IMG/VR virus record: IMGVR_UViG_2713896764_000001
Span: 1-64,000 of that record
Length of the DNA stretch: 64,000 nt
From: a virus
Lineage: Duplodnaviria > Caudoviricetes
Direction: 5' to 3' (one strand)
Part shown: positions 51,758 to 60,930 of the stretch, piece after piece
How positions within the stretch are numbered: the first letter of the stretch is position 1
Layout: each line of letters begins with the position of its first letter
The notes under the pieces: generated by a model
What the model was told of the DNA's origin: nothing
The model's database searches: none
Seen by the model: the letters and a program-made list of their open reading frames with translations, nothing else
Made by a program: the position numbers and the translations under genes

Positions 51758-51994
51758 TTACTGAGCGTCACGATTGGCAATTCGCTGGTATAGCTCTTTG
51801 TTCTGGCTGCGCAGTCGGAACACCTCGTTAATCAGGTGGCCGATGCACTCACTTGTCATCTGCTCACTCTTGATGCCCTTCTGGATCATCCAGTTGTAGA
51901 AGTTGTATGCCCCGTCTCTAGTTTCTAAGTTCGAGTCGATCCGGCTCAAAAAGTCAGTATCAATCAGGGCAATTACGTTGGTAGGTTTTGCCAT
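51758..51994 (-). CDS. hypothetical protein
   Basis: 78 aa, AAGGA RBS, promoter-like leader. Confidence 0.7.
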   Translation of the reverse strand: MAKPTNVIALIDTDFLSRIDSNLETRDGAYNFYNWMIQKGIKSEQMTSECIGHLINEVFRLRSQNKELYQRIANRDAQ

Positions 51995-52124
51995 TGCTCG
52001 TTTCCTTTGCAGTTGCTCGTTTCAATACGCAGATATTAAATAAACGCCATAGGCACGCCAGATAGGAAAAAGGGCTACCAAATGGCAGCCCAATTCCGTT
52101 TCAGAGTAAGACCATCGAACGCAA

Positions 52125-52442
52125 TTATTCGGTTACTTCTTCAATCTCAACAGCTTGCTCGGATTCAGTTTCAGCAGGAGTTTCCGGCTGCTCCTGAACC
52201 AGCACGCCAAGGTCATGAAGCAGGCCAAGATCAACTTGGTTCTCAACGCCATTCGAGCTACGAACCAAGAACTTGTCTGCGCCTTTTTGGCCGGCAACAT
52301 TGGCTGCAATCAAAGCCGCCTGAACAGGGTTCTCAGCCTGAACAGGGTTCTCAGCCTGAACTCGAATAGGTGACAACTGCACCTCAAAAACAGGCAGTGT
52401 TTTATCAGTCATTACAGGGCTATCCATGTCGTTTGCTCTCAT
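52125..52442 (-). CDS. hypothetical acidic protein with a VQAENP duplication
   Basis: ORF downstream of two 18-bp palindromes. Confidence 0.55.
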   Translation of the reverse strand: MRANDMDSPVMTDKTLPVFEVQLSPIRVQAENPVQAENPVQAALIAANVAGQKGADKFLVRSSNGVENQVDLGLLHDLGVLVQEQPETPAETESEQAVEIEEVTE

Positions 52443-52525
52443 ACCGTTCGGGAAGATAGCGGCTTTTTAAAAAGTAAGTCAACACTTATTTTAAGTAAGC
52501 AATGACTTACCTTTTGAATGCAAAA

Positions 52526-53251
52526 CTACTTGGAGTTGTCTTCAGCCAACTCCTTAGCAATCCGCAGGTAGCCAAGTGTATCCGCGCAGGTTGGCTCGCT
52601 CACTTCGTGATAACGGAAGCAGTGTAATGTCGCGTAGGCATTCTTCCATAAGGCTTGGAACTTAACTTCATCCCCTGCTTTGGTCTTCCAGCCATTGCGT
52701 TTCCAGTTAGGCACCCAATGTCTAAAACCATTTTGCATGGCCGTTGATGAGGTGAAGATCATCGCCTGCTCCAGCTCACACTCGTTGAAAATCTTCATCG
52801 CGGCAATAATCGCGTATAGACCAGCCTGAATCTCGCCAGAAAAGGTGCCAGGCATTTTGAACTTGTAGTAAAGCTCTGCGCCGTTGTAGATGCAAAATGC
52901 CGTTGTCGTATTACCAACTGACGGCGTTACCACTTCCAAGGCTGCACAGACTGTCGATTTGTCGAACTCCGCAAGTCCTTTCACATGCTCAATCATCTTG
53001 TTCATGTCTGTGAACAGAGGGTGCTCGCTGTATCCGCTTCTGAGCGCTTTTGGTGGTAACTTGGTGCTGTGGTGGCTCTCTATGGCTTTAATCACTTCTA
53101 AATCGCGCAGGGAAGCGAATTTCGCCACGTCCGATATTAACTTTCCCCAATCCTCGCTGACTGGGTGGGTGGACGGAAAGGATTTCCGGATCAGATCGTC
53201 AATTCGCTTTACATAATCAGGCATTCCGGACTTATTCATCATAACCCTCAC
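52526..53251 (-). CDS. RNase HI-like protein, apparently catalytically inactive, with extra N-terminal domain
   Basis: GFRHWVPNWKRNGWKTKAGDEVKFQALW basic protrusion; acidic catalytic positions substituted. Confidence 0.8.
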   Translation of the reverse strand: MRVMMNKSGMPDYVKRIDDLIRKSFPSTHPVSEDWGKLISDVAKFASLRDLEVIKAIESHHSTKLPPKALRSGYSEHPLFTDMNKMIEHVKGLAEFDKSTVCAALEVVTPSVGNTTTAFCIYNGAELYYKFKMPGTFSGEIQAGLYAIIAAMKIFNECELEQAMIFTSSTAMQNGFRHWVPNWKRNGWKTKAGDEVKFQALWKNAYATLHCFRYHEVSEPTCADTLGYLRIAKELAEDNSK

Positions 53252-53315
53252 TTGTTGCTAGTGCTTAGTTAGATTTTGACTCCGCAGACAAGGCATCCAA
53301 GCAAATTGTCGATCA

Positions 53316-53532
53316 CCCCTTTTATATAAATTAAAAGGAATAAATATATTATTTATGGAAACGCGGTTTTTATTCAGTGTTAGGTAGTTCCGGATATTGA
53401 AATCTATCTCAGGAAACTAGGCTCTTGCAGAGCCTAGTTTCCTGAGATAACTCCGTAACTCCTTCACGATTACCTTCGGACAAAAAACCTAGCTTCCAAT
53501 ATATAAATATTCTTTTAATTATTTATATAGGG
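53316..53532. repeat. dispersed foldback element, copy C
   Basis: same inverted cores; perfect 21-bp internal inverted repeat 53405-53449. Confidence 0.85.
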
Positions 53533-53683
53533 AAGAACCTTGCGGATTACCCTGCCGCTCCCTCCAAATAGTAACCTAGCGCTTACTTAATTCAATAGGA
53601 AATCGTTCCGGACTTGCCTCTTCTCCAAAACGCTCTCAGACGATTCGGGACACTGTAGCTGTGGGTTGGCTTGGGTAAATACG

Positions 53684-53717
53684 AAAAAAGCGCCCCTGAG
53701 TGATTCTGGGCGCTTTT
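53684..53717. terminator. intrinsic terminator
   Basis: AAAAGCGCCC/GGGCGCTTTT. Confidence 0.75.
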
Positions 53718-53772
53718 CTGGGGGGGTGTAGTCTGTTTTTGTGCTCTTACGCTGCTTGCTTGAGAACGTCGT

Positions 53773-54168
53773 TTACAGAGGCCACGAGTAACTTGAACCC
53801 TTCGCGGTTATGGGCGAATTTTGCAATCTCACGGCGATGAGAGGTGTGTCCTTTTCGCCGTAGAACGGAAGGCCGTTTTCAAGCTCATAGGCAAAGAGCT
53901 TTCTCAAATACCCAAGCACACTGTAGGTAATGTGGCCTCGGTTCTTGGCACTTGTGCCGTTAAACACAAAGTTGATTGATTCGCCATCTTCCCAATGAAC
54001 CTCTACGTCATGCTTGTCGTAGCCTACTTTCGACAAGGTTGGTGCTTGTCGCAGCATCCAGTTCGTCGAATCGAGAATGGCGGATGGCTTGTCAAAAATT
54101 TCAGGCTTGTTGCACAATTTGAACTCGCCCTCCAAGCGAGTAATTATGATTTTGGTTACAGCAATCAC
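53773..54168 (-). CDS. hypothetical protein
   Basis: 131 aa; GYDKHDVEVHWEDG; palindrome at its start. Confidence 0.7.
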   Translation of the reverse strand: MIAVTKIIITRLEGEFKLCNKPEIFDKPSAILDSTNWMLRQAPTLSKVGYDKHDVEVHWEDGESINFVFNGTSAKNRGHITYSVLGYLRKLFAYELENGLPFYGEKDTPLIAVRLQNSPITAKGSSYSWPL

Positions 54169-54180
54169 TTAAGTCACCGA

Positions 54181-54558
54181 TTACTTATACACACAGAAAA
54201 AAATATATTCGCTATGCCCCTTGGTATCAGCCACCGCTTTTACACCCAAAGGTAATTCCCACTCATACCGAAAGCCGCGTATGTCCTCTTCTCGACGTTC
54301 ATTGAGAACTCGGTTGATCGTGCTGATCGCCAACGAAAGATCCTGTCCCCAAATAAGGCGCTGAATCAACTTGCCCTCTTCCGATTCCGTATTGCCATAC
54401 AGTCCGGCGCGATGCTGGGAAAACTCAACATTATATTTGCCATCGGTAAAAACGATATTCATGCGAGCGCCAAACCACGCTTTGCTTCTTTCCGGCGCAA
54501 CTATTCCCCATTGAATACAACTCATACCACGAACTTCCTTAATATTAAGCACAAGCAA
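54181..54558 (-). CDS. hypothetical protein
   Basis: 125-aa ORF in the operon. Confidence 0.65.
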   Translation of the reverse strand: MLVLNIKEVRGMSCIQWGIVAPERSKAWFGARMNIVFTDGKYNVEFSQHRAGLYGNTESEEGKLIQRLIWGQDLSLAISTINRVLNERREEDIRGFRYEWELPLGVKAVADTKGHSEYIFFCVYK

Positions 54559-55252
54559 ATGATGGCATTTCTACAAAGGCATTCAATTCCTCTGTAGTAG
54601 ACCGAATCGGCACTGCAGTAATGTGATACAAAAGCTCATGTTCGACTGTCAGCGCATTCCCGCAGTAGACGATGATCTCGCGTAATGATTTGGTCGGAGA
54701 CAACACTTCAACGGTTTTCAATCGCTGGATGGTTGCACAGTAAACCGCGCATCTGTCGATATCGTTAATAGTGAGTCGCAGTTTATCCAGCCCAGCCTGT
54801 CCATATTTCTCAAATAGCGTTTCCACGACAGCAAGTGCCATAGAACCAGCCCCTACGCACGGCTCAAGAACAGAGAATCCGTCCGGATAGTTGTCCAATT
54901 TGAGATCATGAAACTGCATTTGCGCTATTGCCTTGCTGACAGAGTAAGGCGTGTAGAACGCACCAAGGTTTTTGCTATGGCCTGCCAAGTTCAGCTCACA
55001 CATAACCCGCCCCAGCAAATCAATACCTGGATAACTTTCAACGAACCCGAAAAACAGCTTTTCTGCCTCAACTGCCTTTGTCACTTCGTGATCTCCCCAA
55101 CTCAAGTGGTCACGGCAATTGTCACCCCCGATGAAACCGTTGAGCATGGCCTTTACCCAATCCTCAAAAGCATTGGACTGTGACAGCCGGATATCAAACA
55201 TCAAACGTGAAATCTTTTCCGCTACTGACTGAGCCTGAATAACCGAATACAT
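54545..55252 (-). CDS. short N6-adenine methyltransferase-like protein lacking motif IV
   Basis: GAFYTPYSV, LEPCVGAGSM, DID, GNAL; no NPPY/F. Confidence 0.75.
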   Translation of the reverse strand: MYSVIQAQSVAEKISRLMFDIRLSQSNAFEDWVKAMLNGFIGGDNCRDHLSWGDHEVTKAVEAEKLFFGFVESYPGIDLLGRVMCELNLAGHSKNLGAFYTPYSVSKAIAQMQFHDLKLDNYPDGFSVLEPCVGAGSMALAVVETLFEKYGQAGLDKLRLTINDIDRCAVYCATIQRLKTVEVLSPTKSLREIIVYCGNALTVEHELLYHITAVPIRSTTEELNAFVEMPSFACA

Positions 55253-55315
55253 ATTTTCTCCCCCTAACCAACACACTATTTCCGGAGCGCCACCAAGGGC
55301 GCTCGCTAACTTCTA

Positions 55316-56161
55316 TCAACCAATGAATTTTGCCGACAGTGGGTTTTCTCGATTTAGAGTGATGGATTTGCCGTCCTTGGTTGCCATTCCAATAGCAGGC
55401 AGTAGCGCCATCATCTGTCCAGCCTGAGAGCCAGCAGTTCCCACCGTGTATGGCTTCTCTGGATTGCTCATTAGGTAAGTCCGTAAGTCACCCGAAGTTG
55501 CGCTACCGTTTTTCACCAGGTATTCCAAGCAAAGACGGGTGTAGATGGAAAGCTCAGCCTCATCATTCGCCCAAGCCAGAATGTTCTTCGCCTTGTCCTT
55601 CACTTTTTTCGGCAGTGCATTGAGCATCAGAGCAAATTCTTCTGTGGCGATACCCACAGCCTCAAAGGCAGCGTCAGATTTGTCGGCAACGTATTCCTCT
55701 GCCGTCTTACCGCCAGTCGCTACACGCTTGCGCTTTGGCTTTGGCTTTGGCTTTGCTTCACCTTCTACAAACTCATCATCTTGTTTAGACGCAACAGCCT
55801 CTACATCTTGTTGATGTTGAGCCTCTTTAGCTGATTGGGCTGCCAACTCACCGTCAGATAGCTTGCCGATATCCTTAGAACTTTCATTCAGCTCATCCAG
55901 CATTTCATCAAGGTATGAAAGCGAGTCATCTTCATTATCTGCAGCCGCAACTGGCTCTTCGATCTTTTGCTCTTCGACCTCCGGCATATCCAATTCGCCA
56001 AGTAGCATGTCGAGATCATCAATGTCGCAGGCATTCTTGTCGGCAGATGTCTTTTCAAGCGCGTCTAGATCATCAGCGGAAATGCTCAGGTTGTTGAGAT
56101 CTGCCATTAGCGCGTCCAGTTCGTCTAAGTCAGAAATTGGGTTGCTTGTTACTTGTGTCAT
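55316..56161 (-). CDS. highly acidic protein with C-terminal winged helix
   Basis: D/E-rich N-terminal half, KPKPKPKRKR linker. Confidence 0.75.
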   Translation of the reverse strand: MTQVTSNPISDLDELDALMADLNNLSISADDLDALEKTSADKNACDIDDLDMLLGELDMPEVEEQKIEEPVAAADNEDDSLSYLDEMLDELNESSKDIGKLSDGELAAQSAKEAQHQQDVEAVASKQDDEFVEGEAKPKPKPKRKRVATGGKTAEEYVADKSDAAFEAVGIATEEFALMLNALPKKVKDKAKNILAWANDEAELSIYTRLCLEYLVKNGSATSGDLRTYLMSNPEKPYTVGTAGSQAGQMMALLPAIGMATKDGKSITLNRENPLSAKFIG

Positions 56162-56399
56162 TTGCTTATTCCTTTTTCCGAGTTCGATAAATCGTCTATC
56201 TTTTCGATGGAATTATTTTCGCATTTGCGGATAGGTATAAAAGGATTTGGCAAGGTATTAGATTGTCGGATATATGAATAACAACAATTGCCTAACAAAA
56301 AGAAAAGGATAAATAAAAAAATATTGCACACAGATGGAGAAAAAAGGTGAGAAGTTAATGACAATTATCATAGAATACATACTATGAGTGCGATTTTAA

Positions 56400-57029
56400 T
56401 TAATTTAACAAGACTAAAACCAATAAAATCACAATTAATAAAAGTGACCATAATGGATGTGTGGACACATACTGCCATACTCTTTTTTTGCGCGTTAATT
56501 TATATCTAAGAGGCTTAAATTTATCCAAAGAATATTTTTTGAACTCAAATTTTAGTGCTTCGATTTCTTTTCTGTCTGCATACGTGCTTTCCGTATACTT
56601 TAATTTTGAGTAAACAGCATGTAATTGTCGTCGCAAGAGTTCTAATCTGCAATCAGCTATAACCAAGTCATTAGATTTCAGCTCACCTTCTCCAATAAAA
56701 TCATAGCCTTGAACGGTATTATAAGTTCCATCCCCAACCTTAACGCTCTCATCCGTAGCTATGCCGTCACAAGTTACTAACTCATCAATTAATATGTTCT
56801 TTTCAAGACAGTTCACTCGTGAGATTAGCTTGTCATCAACTAATTCTTGTCTAAGTGCGCGATCAAAAGGACGAATTACTCCGCTATTACTCCCTTTGGA
56901 AACACGGAAAAATTCACCTTCCATTGTTCGGCCTTTCCATGAGAATGTCACATAAGCATCAGGTTTGATTTTAAAATTATCCATATGCACATTTAAATAG
57001 CTGGCCATCAGAATTTTGATTAGAAGCAA
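56400..57029 (-). CDS. AT-rich hypothetical membrane-anchored protein (moron)
   Basis: low GC, C-terminal TM helix; start uncertain. Confidence 0.6.
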   Translation of the reverse strand: MLLIKILMASYLNVHMDNFKIKPDAYVTFSWKGRTMEGEFFRVSKGSNSGVIRPFDRALRQELVDDKLISRVNCLEKNILIDELVTCDGIATDESVKVGDGTYNTVQGYDFIGEGELKSNDLVIADCRLELLRRQLHAVYSKLKYTESTYADRKEIEALKFEFKKYSLDKFKPLRYKLTRKKRVWQYVSTHPLWSLLLIVILLVLVLLN

Positions 57030-57166
57030 TTCCTATCGAAGTCAAATTGAACGACTTATGTCTGTGTAAATTATAGCTTTATGAGAACTAGTGCGTAGGA
57101 GGATGCAAAAGCCACCCTCCACAAATCAATTGAATACGTAATAGCAGGACATTCCTAGTCCTCACC

Positions 57167-57742
57167 TCACACTACTTTATTGGACTCTACTATCAAATCA
57201 GGTATCTGAAACAGATTGTATTTTTCTCTAGCGTAGAAGAAGCAATCTATCATCAGCTCGGTATCATATAGAGCGCTATGAGCCTTCTCTGTATCATAGT
57301 CAAAGCCACAAGCATAGGCCAGTTCGCCCAGACGAGGAATTTTGCCGTCCTCACAAGCCCAACGCCCTTCTTGCATTGTATCGAACTGATAAACCTCCGG
57401 CAGTTTCAGACCGGCACGCTTAAACTCCGCATCCAAGAACGGGAAGTCAAACTCAATACCGTTGTGACCAACAAGAACCGAGCACTTAGACAGGATTCGA
57501 TGAATGCGATCAGCCTGGTCTTCCCACAACGGACAGCCATGTAAGTCGGCCAGCGAAATGCCATGAACAGCCTGCGCCTTAGCATCAATGGAACGACGCG
57601 GATTGAACCGCTGCTCAAAACCACCAAGACGCTCCCCCGTCATTAAGTCACGAATGCTTACGGCAATTTCAATTACACGGTGATCGCTCTTATCCAGACC
57701 TGTAGTTTCAATATCCAGACCACCGACCAAAATACGACTCAT
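57167..57742 (-). CDS. DEDDh 3'-5' exonuclease (DnaQ-like)
   Basis: DIETTGL, GHNGIEFDF, HSALYD. Confidence 0.92.
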   Translation of the reverse strand: MSRILVGGLDIETTGLDKSDHRVIEIAVSIRDLMTGERLGGFEQRFNPRRSIDAKAQAVHGISLADLHGCPLWEDQADRIHRILSKCSVLVGHNGIEFDFPFLDAEFKRAGLKLPEVYQFDTMQEGRWACEDGKIPRLGELAYACGFDYDTEKAHSALYDTELMIDCFFYAREKYNLFQIPDLIVESNKVV

Positions 57743-58176
57743 ACCTCTTTACTCCACCCACTTTTCAGCAACTTGCTCAGTGTCTCGGCTGTAGCTCTGA
57801 AAGCATCCGTTTCTGCATCAAAGAAACTGCTCTTGTCAGTAAAACTGCCACCAACGACACCTTTCAACACCAAGCGCTTAGGGTTGCACTCGTCAATGTC
57901 CAGCGAAAGCATATTGCTGTCTTTTCTTAGCAGAACGGGGAACAAGCGACGTGCGCCATTCTCTTGCTGAGTGCCAGCTTCTCGCAGAGCAGCCTCAATC
58001 AGTTTTGATAAGTCATCGTTTACTAAACCCATAGCCACATCATGAACGACCGCAATGCGCTCTCTGGCCTGAGCGGGTGAAATTCTTTTGCCGTCACGCT
58101 TTGTCAGGATGTCGATTAGCGTGTCGTTTACTTTGCGGTTCAGCTCTTCTTCTACAGACAAATACTCGTCACACAT
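57739..58176 (-). CDS. hypothetical protein
   Basis: ORF coupled to the exonuclease; start uncertain. Confidence 0.65.
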   Translation of the reverse strand: MCDEYLSVEEELNRKVNDTLIDILTKRDGKRISPAQARERIAVVHDVAMGLVNDDLSKLIEAALREAGTQQENGARRLFPVLLRKDSNMLSLDIDECNPKRLVLKGVVGGSFTDKSSFFDAETDAFRATAETLSKLLKSGWSKEV

Positions 58177-58252
58177 AATAATACTCACATCAATTGCCTC
58201 TGCTTGGTGCTGTTTACATTCATTCTGCGCCAAGCAGTTAGGCAGAAAAGAC

Positions 58253-58891
58253 TCAGTGAAGGGTTTTAGACTCGGCGCTCACGTAGCAGGCTTTGTGCGT
58301 CACGCCGGTTGTAAACTTATCCAGAACTCGAAGGCGATCTTCAAGCTCTGTCAGGAACAGAGGAATAACGCCGCAGCGCACAGACTTGCCCTCTTTTGAC
58401 ACCCCTACTTTGGAAAGCAGGTAGTAGCTGGATGAGGTAATGCGCTCCTGAGCAACGAAGTTAATCAAGCCTCGGTCGGTTCGCCTGATATCTTCTTCGG
58501 TCAGCTCGATACCTGGTTGAATCAGAACAAGACTGTCGAACAGTTGCTCTGCTGCCTCCAAGCACTCGAAAACATGCTGCTCCAATCGCTCACATTGCTC
58601 CGGCGTTGCACCGTAAGGCGCAATCGCAATTGAGTAAGCAGCAATATCAATCGGTGTCCGGTCAGCAATCATTTCAGGGTTGTTTTTCAACTGCTCAACC
58701 AAGTAGTCAAGCATATCGCGCTGGATATCAAGGCGCGTATCAAAGTCCATTTCAGAACGAACCTCTAAGCCGCGAACCTTAAACAAGCGACTTAGAGAGG
58801 TTTCAACGAAAGGCGTTTTCCATCGGGCAGAAAATGCTTTTGCCAGTGTTGTTTTTCCAGTGCCTTGAGCACCAATTAAACCGATTCGCAT
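58253..58891 (-). CDS. P-loop nucleotide kinase (dNMP kinase / AAA_28-like)
   Basis: MRIGLIGAQGTGKTT, ADRTPID; own AAGGA RBS. Confidence 0.8.
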   Translation of the reverse strand: MRIGLIGAQGTGKTTLAKAFSARWKTPFVETSLSRLFKVRGLEVRSEMDFDTRLDIQRDMLDYLVEQLKNNPEMIADRTPIDIAAYSIAIAPYGATPEQCERLEQHVFECLEAAEQLFDSLVLIQPGIELTEEDIRRTDRGLINFVAQERITSSSYYLLSKVGVSKEGKSVRCGVIPLFLTELEDRLRVLDKFTTGVTHKACYVSAESKTLH

Positions 58892-59383
58892 TGGTCTTCC
58901 TTTGAATACTTGCGGATAGCAAAGCCAAAACTGATTACGCTCATTTGCCTCATGATCTTCAAGCGTCTCAACCCTGCATAGAGACTTGTCAAAGCAAGGG
59001 AAAAACGTATCGCAATCAAGCTCCGCATCCACCTCTGTCAGATATATTTGCGAAGCATAAGGCAGGAATTGAGCGTAAATCTCGCTTCCGCCAATTACCC
59101 ACACATCAAATTCATTCGACAGGTCAATAACCGGCTGGATTTCACCGGTCGCCCACACGTCAGGTTTATGCCAGTTGCCATCACGAGTCAGGACGATATT
59201 GGTTCGATTAGGGAGTGGACGGCCAATTGAGTCAAAGGTCTTCCGCCCCATGACAACAATTGAGCCGGAGGTCATTCGCTTAAAGAAAGCCATGTCGTCG
59301 GAAAGTTTAAAGGGAAGCGCATTCTGCTTCCCAATTCCATAGGCACGATCGGCTGCAGCAATCAGTTTAAGCATTGAGTTCAC
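58876..59383 (-). CDS. folA: dihydrofolate reductase, frameshifted near the 3' end
   Basis: GIGKQNALPF, MGRKTF, PLPNRTNIVL, IGG, DTFFP; alternative frame gives NQFGFAIRKYSKE...*. Confidence 0.85.
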
Positions 59384-59807
59384 CAGTAATCAGGACGGTA
59401 GGCTTATGGGGATGTGACAGCCAAGCTCGGGCGGTCTTCTGGAAAGGCTCTATGACAAATTCCAGCGTTGCTCCGGTGCTTTTCAGAAAGGCGTTAATCA
59501 AGTCCATTTTGAATTTGTCATTGGGCTTGCGGTTGTCAGCAGCTCTTAGCAGCAAGTGGTGGTAGGAAACGCCATTTTCCATCAGCCACTCAACAGTCTC
59601 GTCTCTAACCGCATTAGAGCGACCAGATAACAAAACAACGACGTAACCTTGCAATGCCAGTCCATTCAGAACCGCGATTAGAGAGCGAACAGGCGCGTCA
59701 TCACGACACGCCTTGTTGTAACGTTCCCAATCTTTCTTGTGCAACAGATAATCGCGGTGTTTTGTGTTGGCGATACCACCATCTAAATCACAAACTACAA
59801 CTTTCAT
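59367..59807 (-). CDS. HAD-family phosphatase (PNKP 3'-phosphatase-like)
   Basis: CDLDG, LSGR, LLLR..D.RKP...K. Confidence 0.8.
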   Translation of the reverse strand: MKVVVCDLDGGIANTKHRDYLLHKKDWERYNKACRDDAPVRSLIAVLNGLALQGYVVVLLSGRSNAVRDETVEWLMENGVSYHHLLLRAADNRKPNDKFKMDLINAFLKSTGATLEFVIEPFQKTARAWLSHPHKPTVLITGELNA

Positions 59808-59820
59808 CTGCCCCTCTCTA

Positions 59821-60882
59821 TCAGACCGCTACAGGGAACTTGATAAACGGGTGATGCTTGTAGCCTTCAATCACAACCTCTTCGAAAGCGAAATCGTCAA
59901 TTTCCCAATAGTGATCAGGGAACAGGACGACAGGATCATTGTCGCCAATCGGCTCACGCGCCATTTGTGTTTCATAACCCTCGAAGTGATCGCTGTAAAT
60001 ATGAACATCACCGCCAAAGTGCGTGAATTCCACAGCCATGTGATCAGTAATTTGGGCGATAAAGTGAGTCAGAATCGCGTATCCCGAGATATTGAATGGC
60101 ATTCCGACCATCACATCAACTGAGCGCTGATACAAGCCAGAGAACAAGCCACGACGCGGGATCTTGAATTCATCCATCGCTTCATGGGTTGCAAACTCAT
60201 AGCGCCCCTGCAAGTGGGAATTTACATACTCAACGAACTCGGCGTAGTTCGACTCATAGCCATACTTCAAGTGGGTCAGACCAATGTTGTAGCCGTGGAT
60301 TGAACGGTCTTCCTCCGGCAACACCTTGCTACAAACTTGGAAGGTCATATGGCATGGTGGCAGCTTCATGTCTCGCAGTTTACCGACGTTCCAGGCTGTC
60401 AAAATGATTCGACGGGCATCCGGCGTATTGCGAAGCGTATTAACCATATCCTGTAGCTGATCGACAAAGCGCTGCACCACTACCCGCTCATCGCCGAGAA
60501 CGCCCACAACCTGATAGCCAATTTTCTCCAGCTCCGGAACCTCTTCGGCAGCAACAGCGCGGGTGTCTTCCCACTTACGCCACTGACAACCATAAACGGG
60601 CCCCAGTTCGAGATTTTCGTCAGCCCAAGCATCCCAAATGTGAACGCCGTTATCCTGCAAGAATTTAATATTGCTTTCGCCGCGCAGATACCACTCCAGC
60701 TCTACACGCACCGCACGTTCATTGACTTTTTTCATGGACAGTAGCGGCACACGTAGACCACTCAGGTCATACTTGGACATTTGGAACGGCAGAGACACAG
60801 TTCCGGTATTTGTGCGGTCATCTGATTTGAAACCACAGTTAAAGGTGGCTTTTGCTATCTCGTTATAGGCGTAATCTGCCAT
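59821..60882 (-). CDS. thyA: thymidylate synthase
   Basis: DRTNTGT, LGPVYG.QWR, LPPCH, YQRSVD, PFN, DVHIY. Confidence 0.95.
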   Translation of the reverse strand: MADYAYNEIAKATFNCGFKSDDRTNTGTVSLPFQMSKYDLSGLRVPLLSMKKVNERAVRVELEWYLRGESNIKFLQDNGVHIWDAWADENLELGPVYGCQWRKWEDTRAVAAEEVPELEKIGYQVVGVLGDERVVVQRFVDQLQDMVNTLRNTPDARRIILTAWNVGKLRDMKLPPCHMTFQVCSKVLPEEDRSIHGYNIGLTHLKYGYESNYAEFVEYVNSHLQGRYEFATHEAMDEFKIPRRGLFSGLYQRSVDVMVGMPFNISGYAILTHFIAQITDHMAVEFTHFGGDVHIYSDHFEGYETQMAREPIGDNDPVVLFPDHYWEIDDFAFEEVVIEGYKHHPFIKFPVAV

Positions 60883-60896
60883 GTAATTATCCTATT

Positions 60897-60930
60897 AAAA
60901 AAAATGCCAGCCTAAGAAAGTCGGCTGGCA
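60897..60930 (-). terminator. intrinsic terminator
   Basis: TGCCAGCC/GGCTGGCA with 8-A run. Confidence 0.75.

Noticed and set aside
52526-53532. Retron or DGR (hairpin element plus RNase H-like gene)
   Set aside because: No reverse transcriptase in the window and no adenine-variable TR/VR pair seen
58253-59383. Novel DHFR-kinase fusion protein (376 aa)
   Set aside because: Better explained by a one-base insertion in a T run; the kinase has its own RBS and ATG
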